Positions 51,502 to 64,000 of a DNA stretch of 64,000 bases are shown piece by piece (position 1 is the stretch's first letter; each line of letters begins with the position of its first letter). The stretch lies in assembly GCA_964035545.1 (NCBI GenBank), contig OZ037767.1, forward strand, positions 25,064,628-25,128,627. The letters are read 5' to 3'. Both the position numbers and the translations under genes were made by a program. A model generated the notes under the pieces. That model saw only the letters and a program-made list of their open reading frames with translations, ran no database searches and was not told the DNA's origin. Source of the stretch: Bugula neritina (lineage: Eukaryota > Animalia > Bryozoa).

Positions 51502-51773
51502 CGTGTTATTTTCTTACGTGCTACAACATTTGTATTGGTAAATTGATGTTATAGGTTATATTACAACGGCTTTATATGGCATTATATATAAATTTTAAGA
51601 GCTATCATTCAAGCATATCAACTATAATTTGCATTATTATACAGGGTTGGTAGCCCTACATAAATCCACCCCTTGCAGCACATTCAGCCTCTGTGAGTGC
51701 ATATAATTCAACTCATTGTCAATAGGCGTCATTCTACACAGTTTCTTCTATTGATACGCATCCAACACTCACC

Positions 51774-55425
<3,652 letters not shown>

Positions 55426-55795
55426 CTCAATCAATCTTACGGCACAGATTCTTCTTCAACTCAACTACAAAAAACACATATTGAAAAAACAAAATTTTTG
55501 ATTAATTAACCATACATAGTTTTTTCTTCTAATGCTCAAATTGCTAATATTCTAGAATGAATTTTTTTCCCTAAGCTAATCTAAAAACATGACTAACTTT
55601 ACAAAACTGTTATTTTTCAATGAGTTTCAGCAATCAAACTGTTTTTTAACTTAACAATTTAGAGTTGAAAAGTAGAAAATCATTGTTTTGTTCTCAGTGG
55701 AGTGAATTTATCTTAAGTGTTGCTCCAAGTGGTTACAAGTGTTGTTTTAAATAACTATAATTATGTACTTTTGAATTGAATATGAAAAAAACTTT

Positions 55796-55858
55796 GCCCC
55801 CACTGGGATTCAAACCCGAGACCTCTGGCAAGTGTGCTAAACATTACACCACGGGGTC
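55796..55858 (-). pseudogene. tRNA-derived sequence (tRNA pseudogene or SINE head) lacking an intact anticodon arm
   Basis: Minus strand GACCCCGTGGTGTAATGTTTAGCAC...GGTTTGAATCCCAGTGGGGGC: acceptor-stem-like ends, A- and B-box-like motifs, only 63 nt. Confidence 0.55.
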
Positions 55859-57716
55859 TACTGGGTAAACTCATCACTACACTGATAATTTATTGGCACT
55901 ACCAATGTGACTCATCTCTCATTAAATGATTTAGTATGTAAATTTTTGCAACACAGAAAAATGCTTAAATTGAGAAACAAAGATTATTGAAAAAACATTT
56001 TTGTTAGTAAAATCTGTAGATTTGAAAAAAAATGTAACTCAAAACTAATAACTGCCAACAATAAAAAACCTCATAAGACACATCCTCTTGGTCCTAACTG
56101 TAAATGTACGTCACTGAATTAGAATACATTATATTCCATTTCAGTGATGTACATCACCTTTAAAAGTTCCAAATCATTTAAAATCTTTGCATGAAATTAT
56201 TGTTATTAAGGGCTTATTTTTTTATTTACATTTTGTGTAACATTCTTAAATTTTCTTCAATTTTTGAATTAATACTTTTTGTTTTCAATTAAATAATTTT
56301 GCACTTTGTAGCAGTTTTTGTCAAACAATAAAATGCCAATACACAATTAATCTTAAAACCAGATATTATATGTGCAAATAGAAAGTTTCTATTGCATTAA
56401 TACCACTTCTCAGATTCATTTACTTACAATCCATCAAATTGAAAATGCTTACTTTGATTACATTGTATACAGTGCGTGTTATAATAGTGATCATATGTGA
56501 GAGTTATGTGAATTGTTAGCCTATTATATTCGTAGTTGTCTTCTCTTGAAAGCATGCAACATTTGCATAGAAAGTGCTAGCATAAATCTAAGTTATTATT
56601 TAGCTCCCTGGAGGTGCCACGTAGCAGCAATATTAAAATAAAAATTTTGTAAAAAAAGTCAAGTAAAATAACTGTCATTTAAGAGCAAATTAAAAGGCAC
56701 CAGATTCAGAAGAGTATTCTAATATAAAATTGTATTGAATGCCATTTGGCTAAACTTTGTTCTGTTGTTTGATTTTTACAGTTATGGCAGCATAAAAATT
56801 ATTTCCGCAGAGAAAATAAACCACAATGTTTGACAAAAGGCAGTTGTGCTTCTAGAGTTGTTTTCTACAGCTGAAACCAATGCACTCATTTTGTTTTTTA
56901 GGCAAACTAAAACTTCGTCTCTCACCATGCTGGCAACTTATTTTAATTTTTATTTGCTGATATCACAAATAGACTAGACTCAGCCCCATGACCTGTGTCA
57001 AATATAAGCAGCACTCTAATCACTAGAACATAGCTGCTTACGTTGTATAGAAGTGCATTTAATTTATACCACTTTGTACTGCAAAAGTTATGCTGCACTG
57101 AAAAACCATAGCCAATATTTAGCAATCAACACCTAATAATTTGCAAGTAAAAAATATAATTGGTGAAAAATTTATGTGAGTTTATTTGTTTTTTAGTAGT
57201 ACTGACCTATATCTAAAAACCAAAATTAAACGGTGTTGTAAGTTATAGCAGTTGGTAAGAGAGGTGACCTAGTTGCCTATGTTTAATACGACATGTTGAT
57301 ATCAGAAGTTTGGCTATTCAACAAATTCCTTGTAGCAATTACTAAAGCTAGGTGAAAGTACTTTTGTAGTTGTGTTTTGTGACAGCAAGCCTGTTATTAT
57401 TGACTTATGTCGCCAGATATATACTGATGTTTAGATTACAAACAATAAAAGAAATCTGTGCTCAATTTCAGTAATGCTTAAAGTTGTCAAAAAACCTAAT
57501 TATGCTTATAATTAATTTGCAGTCAGTAAACTCGTTAGATACTTTAAGAAAGTAGGGAGCTTTTTAGACAGTATAGATGCAAGCTATTTATATGAGAAGA
57601 TAACTTTATATAATGTCATGCAGCTGCTAATTCTCAAGGCTGATAACTGGCATTAAATAACAGCATATATGCATGCTTTTAATATTTGACTTTAACTTGA
57701 TTACATGAGGGAGAAA

Positions 57717-60700
57717 ATGGTGAAAGTACTAGTTTTCCTTTTGTATATCTTCTTAGTTGCAGGAAAAGCTAGTAATGCTTTGGGTGTGACATCTCCTTCA
57801 GAGTGTACAGTTAATACTCTTTCAACTGGGCTCACTGTTACATTTGACAAAAGTAAAAACTGTACGCAAGGAATAATTGGCTAGTCGTATCCAGAGTGGA
57901 GAAAAACATTAAAGGTTGGAGTGTATATGTAACATTGTGAGAATGTAATAATTTATCCGTGTATAATGAAAGTTATGTATTATAAATGTACAAACTACCA
58001 ATGCTTACTTAACAGTGCAGCTCTCCTAGGCTATTTATAAAATGTATTAGTTAGTTTGCTCTCAGTATGCTTGCTTGCTTCCTTTTAAAGTGGTAAACAA
58101 TATTTTTCCCATTTGAATATCCGATTATCATTATAGCTGAGATTATTACAATAGCCATTATAGTTTGGAGTCATGCTACCATGCTATGGTGACTATAACA
58201 CGTATTACTTGCATTTATTAAACTTTTGGCTATATATACTGACCTACGAAAAAAAGCTTAAATTCATTTTTTTTAGAACTTTGAAAATATTCAGAAAATA
58301 TTTTTGTCTTATGTCTACAATTTAGGGTAAAAATTTTCAGTTTTTATTTGTTTTCCTGTAAAATTTTAAACTGGTATTGTGTATAAAAATACAGTTCACA
58401 CAATGTTTTAATTTTACAGGTAAGTTGGGCTCCTGGATACACAAAACCTTTCCAGGTATGTATCCTAAAGACTTCATCTGTTGACTTACTTACAGCAAGA
58501 CTTGCTGGAAGTCCTGACACAGAAATAGACCTTGACCCTATACATGCTGCAGGTAAGTGACATTCTGCTTCTTGGACCATATAGCAGCAGGGTCATAGCA
58601 ACAACAGTGTTGATTTTACTCTGGTCTATCACATATATAGTTACCCGATTTAGAATATCTATAATAGTGTAGGTGGAATTAATGCATAATAATAATAATT
58701 GACTTATGCAATGCCTATTGAAACTGTCGTTTATTTATTTTCAACTCCCACCTTGATAGTGTCATAATTAATAGTTTTTCATTCAAGACAAGGGAAAATA
58801 GCATTAACCCTTACGCGATCAATGGACCATATATGTCCCTCAAAGCGACACTATCCACAGATCAATGGACCATATATGGTCTTTTAGGTAAACAAACAAT
58901 AGCGCTTACTTTAAACTTCCAGTTTTCAACCGGACAGCCTAAAAGTTTTTGTAATTGATGCTGATAATACAGCTTGGTAATTTTTGGATAATTATAACCA
59001 TTAAATTTGATTAAATTAATAGCTACCAAGCCAGCTAGTTGCTTTTCAATTTAATCCTTAAATTTTAAAATTATCGGTAAATTTTAACGCTACTTTCATA
59101 TGCAAGAAACTGCTGTCAAGTTATAGAGAGCAAGTTTATTTTATTCAGATAACATTTAGAAAAACATCTAAATAAACAGAGATGTTAAAGTCACTATATT
59201 TTGAATCATATTAAAAATTAATTTCATCATTTTGAGTTTTCAATTTCAAAATGGCGGTTTTGAGAGGTCAAATTAAAATGACTGATTTTAGCTAGAATTA
59301 AGGTCTCCCGTCAGTTTAAGAAGTTTTTTTATAATAGAAAATACTCTTAAAATTATAATAACCAGTTTATTTAAGGCCAAAAGCGAGTGTAACTTTTAAT
59401 AATGAAATTGAAAGTTATGCAAAATTTGCTAGCAAAATTCGCGATAAACTCAAACGAGGCATAAAATTACGTAACTTCAAAGTTGATCGCGAAAGGGTTA
59501 ATGCTATTTGCTATATTTCAATCTAATAGTTCAAGTCTCACTTTAGAGAGTACACTGTACTTTCAAGGATTGGAGAAACTTAACGTAATGCCATATCAAT
59601 GACAGCACAGCTCTTCTTTGCTGTTGCTGAAATGTTTAGTGCCATTAGTTTTCGATATAGTTTATTATACATTCTATATTTTATTATATATTTATATATT
59701 TATATAATAATATATATTGTATTATATACTTATATACAATTTATTTTATATTTATATATGGTTGATGCATACAACATAAAGACACTCACTAAATATTTTA
59801 AGAAATGGATGAGTAAAAAGTGCTTTAAAAAGCTAAAAATTGAATGAATGCGGAATACTCAAGTTTATTGCTTCTAAGCCATTAACATTAGTTTTTCTTT
59901 AAATACAGTTTCACAATTATTATTCAAAGATTGCAAAACAAAGACTTAACACTAGCATTTTATTGGCAGTTTCTTTCAATTTAATCTGATGAGTATAAAC
60001 TTGTTTTTTGAAGATCCCACTGACGTCTGCATAGATTCAGATAATGGTGAAGTCAAAATTAACTTTGGTGGGACTGTGTGGACCTATATTCAGTTTGTTA
60101 ATTTTGAGATTCGGCATTCTTAAATTTGTATTAAATATTATTTATATAGTTGGTGGTTTGGTCACCAATTACATATATCCAATAAAGGAATTCTCAATTT
60201 ACATTGTTGCCTTGCTTGCAATGTGTCTACTTCTGCTTCTATTACAATGTTATCTTGTATAACTTAACTAGTTTTTTATATTTTTTATCAGAGGTAATAT
60301 TAAGCCCATTTCAATAAGTAGCTAAATTGAAGTTTGTTAATAAAAAGTGGTTCTAAAAGCATTTTATTATAAATACTGCTAATATTTTGAAAAAAAACTT
60401 TGCAGCGGCCAGTTTTTTTAATTAAAGATCAACTATGTCTTTGCTATAACATACAAAACTACTGACTTTAACTGAAACACTTTAAATATGCCTTTCATGG
60501 GTGTTTAAGCCGATATATCTGCTTGAGAAATAAATTATTGAAAGACAGTGTTTGTGGAACACAACAAAGTTTGCCAAATTCAAATTCATTTTATTTGCCT
60601 ATTTACCCATTTAGTAATTTTCATCTACACTTGAAATTTTGCTCTTAAAAACAGTCGTGACTCTTATCAAAATATCAATAACTTTAAAAGACTGAAGTCA

Positions 60701-61085
60701 GAATTATTATTGCAAACTTTTGTACGCTTGCTGCTAAAAAGTTAATTTACATGTTTTTAACTTATACCATGGGAGTTTTACAATATCTTCTCATAATATT
60801 GAATACAAACTACTATACTTTACCCTACATATTCTATAGGAAAAGTTTTTCTGATATCTGTAAAGGGATGAGAAATAATATTAATGATTCATAAACACAA
60901 CAACTCCATTTTACTATACAGGAACTCAAATAGTATCTGGGGAGGAAACACACAATACATCTATTGGACACAACCGTCTGTACGCTGAAAACATAAATAA
61001 CATCAAAGTCAATATGACAGTCCCCTCTGACAATTTGGCTGCATATTGTATTGCGTGGGACTTGACAAATGTGTTTATATACTGA
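57717..61085 (+). pseudogene. Paralog of the 49-50 kb secreted protein with in-frame TAG at the conserved Trp (pseudogene or null allele)
   Basis: Exon 1 57717-57914: MVKVLVFLLYIFLVAG...ECTV...NCTQGIIG-TAG(57882-57884)-SYPEWRKTLK, compared with CKKGTIEWHYP. Exon 2 58420-58552 VSWAPG....QVCILK, compared with VTWTSG..ACILS; same intron phases (0,1). Candidate exon 3 at 60922-61085 is less certain. Confidence 0.65.
58808..59497. mobile_element. piggyBac-type MITE (690 bp)
   Basis: TTAA|CCCTTACGCGATCAA ... TTGATCGCGAAAGGG|TTAA: 15-bp TIR with one mismatch, CCC/GGG ends, TTAA TSD. Subterminal direct repeat GATCAATGGACCATATATG at about 58817 and 58860. Confidence 0.85.
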
Positions 61086-61699
61086 ACTGGTCATAAATTT
61101 TGCAGCTGTTCGACTGGTCCCAGCAGAGAGCACAATGAAAGCTCACATAACTGTAATGTTTTGGCAGTGTTTTTGTACCTTTATTTACGGTGTTTACTTA
61201 ACTTTTGAATTAAATATGAACTAGTGAATTGAGCTTTATTTCGATGGCTAAAGATACACTTGATGCTTATTAGTCACAAGTTTTTGATACTAGAAAAGTC
61301 TCATTTTAAAAGGCATTCATTTGGCCAGTCTTATAAGGATGTTCAGAAACTTTTTTTCATAATGCTCTTTTTGTGTGGAATAATCTGACTCATGAAAATA
61401 ACCACCTACATCCTAGGTTTGTCAGACAGCCACTATTGCTGTTGGTACACTTGCAGTAGTAATGAGTTGAACTTTGACCTTGCATTAAAATAGTTACAAA
61501 AATTTGTGAGATTTTTTGATGAAATAAAGCAGCAATAAAAATGAATTTTAGTTTTAATTTAAAGCTTGTTAAGAGTTACTCAAAAATCAATTTTTTAGAA
61601 TTCGTGCATAAATTGTTGGATAGTGCTTCACCTGACGTTATCTCCTCTAAATAAATTACTCATCTTCTGGTCCCAAATACACACCTCAATCACATAATA

Positions 61700-62780
61700 T
61701 AGGTGCACTTTTTTCTAATGGTTGCCTACCAATAATCCTTTTAGCTAAAATCTACTATTTTAAAACAATGACTTTCTTTATATCAGCCGCAACTCAATCT
61801 TAACTCAATACATCAAATACTACAGCTTTGCATTCAAAATCACTTTTCCCTGGTAAACTATCAAGTTAACCTAAACCTAATATTCTAATTATCCAACCCA
61901 ATATAGGCGATCAACCTTTTGTGATTAGCTGCTCAACTTTAAGCTCCTTATTTCAAAATTAATTGTATATCAGACCATCTATTAGATGCAGAAGTGTACA
62001 TCATATACCAACTTCACACTATTTTACAAGTACAGCCCATCAGTCTAATTAAACTGACAAGGAGTTATCTCCCACACAAGTAGTGCAAATAAATGCTCAA
62101 AAATTTTTCTTTTGTTTCCGAAATTAGGTTTAGGAATGACTTGGCAGACTTTTTAATAAAAAATATTTATTTAAATTAATTCCATTCCCTTCCATGAAAC
62201 TTTTTGACATTGGCAACTTCAATGATATGAATTTAATTACAAAGGTTATCAATACAATGAGCTCTTCAATGTCTAACCTTTGCCAGTAATATTTGCTGTT
62301 GACCTCAATGGAATAACGTATTGCACTAATAGCATTGCACAAATAGTGTATATAATTATGTATGACGCAAATCAGTATATCTTAAGCAACATTGAAATAA
62401 AATATGTCTACTTTTCTATACTACAAAATACAATAACCTAGTTAATAGTATAGACAATATTACATTATACAGAATATGTACTGATAGTCACACAAAGAAA
62501 TTTAATAAACCTATAGAGTTAGAAATGTTGCGCTCCTAAATCCATTTAATGAGGACCATAATAAGCAAATGGCAATATTTTCAGGTTTAACTTTTAGAAA
62601 TGAAATCCCAGTTTGATACACTCAAGTTATAACTGACTACGCCAAGTGGCATAACGTTAGCAACATCAACTAAGACTATGTGTTTGAACTGTTATTACCT
62701 AGACTAAGATCAATATATACTTCTACCCTGAAGGAGCCCAGCTTTTCCTGCTGCCAAATGCGTAGTGGATATTTTCTCTC
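61700..62780 (-). mobile_element. Highly decayed non-LTR retrotransposon (CR1/L2-like) RT remnant
   Basis: Broken minus-strand translation gives PLG...YNLSVS.TGI, SN.YRFI, LDI and GINLNKYFLLKS in the order of LINE RT motifs (PL..I.N.S..TG.FP, SNYRPISLL, LD..KAFD, GI.G..L..L.SYL). Many stops and frameshifts; borders approximate. Confidence 0.4.
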
Positions 62781-63357
62781 TAATTACCCTGCTATAATTA
62801 TTATCATTAGCTGCTAGTTGGAAATTCATTTGTATCGCATATGATGAATGATAAGAGTTATAAATATTCAATATTGATATAACTCTCAAAGAGATATAAA
62901 AAGCAAGACTAGATGGGTATTTGCCATGTGTTTCTACATGAAGCCCCTAGGCATGCCATCATGCATTAGCTAATTACTCCAACGTTCAGCTAATAAATCT
63001 AAAAATACATTATTTAGCTTAGTTAAATATAGTTATACAGACTAAAAGCTTAATTAGAGAAAAAACAATTATAGAAGCATTTTTATATTATATATAATTT
63101 ATGATAAACGTGAAACTGTTAACAGCATGTTTCATAATAGCATCTTTGTTATTTATTGTAAAATTATGAGTTTCGTGTTTGTTTTTTAATTGTTAACAAA
63201 TAAAAAAATAGTGAATAAACAAACTTATAGAAAAATTAGGGTTTCAACACAATAATATTTTTGTGCATATTAACAGAACTGTAAATTACTATAGAGCTAT
63301 AATTTGTATAAAAGTAAAAGGAGTGGAATAAAACATCAAGATTAGATATGAGCCACA

Positions 63358-63581
63358 AGGAGCAGCCATGGTCTAGGGGGTTAGAGCGTTTGCCTAGTAA
63401 ACACGAGGCCATGGGTTCGAGCCCGGACAAAGGCCGTTGGTGATGTTAGAAAAAGCATCCAGTCATAATTGCTCCTGTGCCTCACTTAAATAAATCCTTA
63501 GCCCGCTCTAACAAAAACCCTCTTCATCAGGGGTTTTCTCACAGAGATAGCAACTATAAACTTCCATGGTTGATTTGATAT
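63358..63581 (+). mobile_element. tRNA-derived SINE with 18-bp TSD
   Basis: A-box-like TGGTCTAGGGG and B-box GGTTCGAGCCC; body ...AAGCATCCAGTCATAA...GGGGTTTTCTCACAG...; TSD GATTAGATATGAGCCACA at 63340-63357 and 63582-63599. Confidence 0.88.
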
Positions 63582-64000
63582 GATTAGATATGAGCCACAT
63601 CTTGCATCCAAAGATAAATATGTTTGTACTTTTCTATTATAAATTGTACAAACTGTGTTTTTCAAATACTGTAGTTTACAGGTTTCAGAGTCTGTCAAAA
63701 CGGAGAAAAATTTAGCCATGTCTGTCAAATTTTTTGTTTTGTAGAACGATCTAAAGACATTAATAATCTGAGTGGTAGTGTTTTAATTTATTTAAACCAC
63801 ATAATCAAGATAGCATATGCAGTTATTTCTTCCAAGGAGCTACTTTAGAATTTTACAGCATTTTTGCAAAATAGGTTATTGCTAAAACTGCGAAACCATA
63901 TAACTTTGGCATTATAGAAAGCACTGGTAACTAAACTGTTCTACGGAGTTGTAGAACAGTTTAGTTGAGTCGAGTCGATTGTATTTCTCTTGAAGTCTAC

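Noticed and set aside
55796-55858. Possible functional tRNA gene
   Set aside because: Too short, anticodon arm missing, B-box mutated; kept only as a tRNA-derived remnant.

Overview
AT-rich, microsatellite-dense DNA from an invertebrate animal (GT-AG introns; taxon not determinable from the sequence). By hand-splicing I reconstruct: (1) an 11-exon SLC2A/GLUT sugar transporter on + (5866-18088, 526 aa) whose 6-kb first intron holds an antisense nested CD225/dispanin gene; (2) three tandem paralogs on - (about 21-42 kb) encoding small type-I membrane proteins (signal peptide, 8-Cys domain resembling the N-terminal half of a C-type lectin domain, S/T-rich stalk, TM) that share a near-identical core but differ in N-terminal loop, TM and cytoplasmic tail; (3) a small secreted protein with a meteorin/CUB-like motif on - (49.1-50.2 kb) and an oppositely oriented paralog with a nonsense codon on + (57.7-61.1 kb), flanking (4) a 7-exon short-chain collagen C4-like gene with an N-terminal anchor (51.8-55.4 kb). 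Mobile DNA: four copies of a tRNA-derived SINE (two with TSDs), an internally deleted pogo/Tigger element nested in another TIR element, a piggyBac-type MITE, a 315-bp foldback around a (CA)n tract, and LINE RT remnants. Most long ORFs in the supplied track are microsatellite artefacts. Exon models come from splice signals and frame continuity only; family calls rely on recalled motifs, not database searches.
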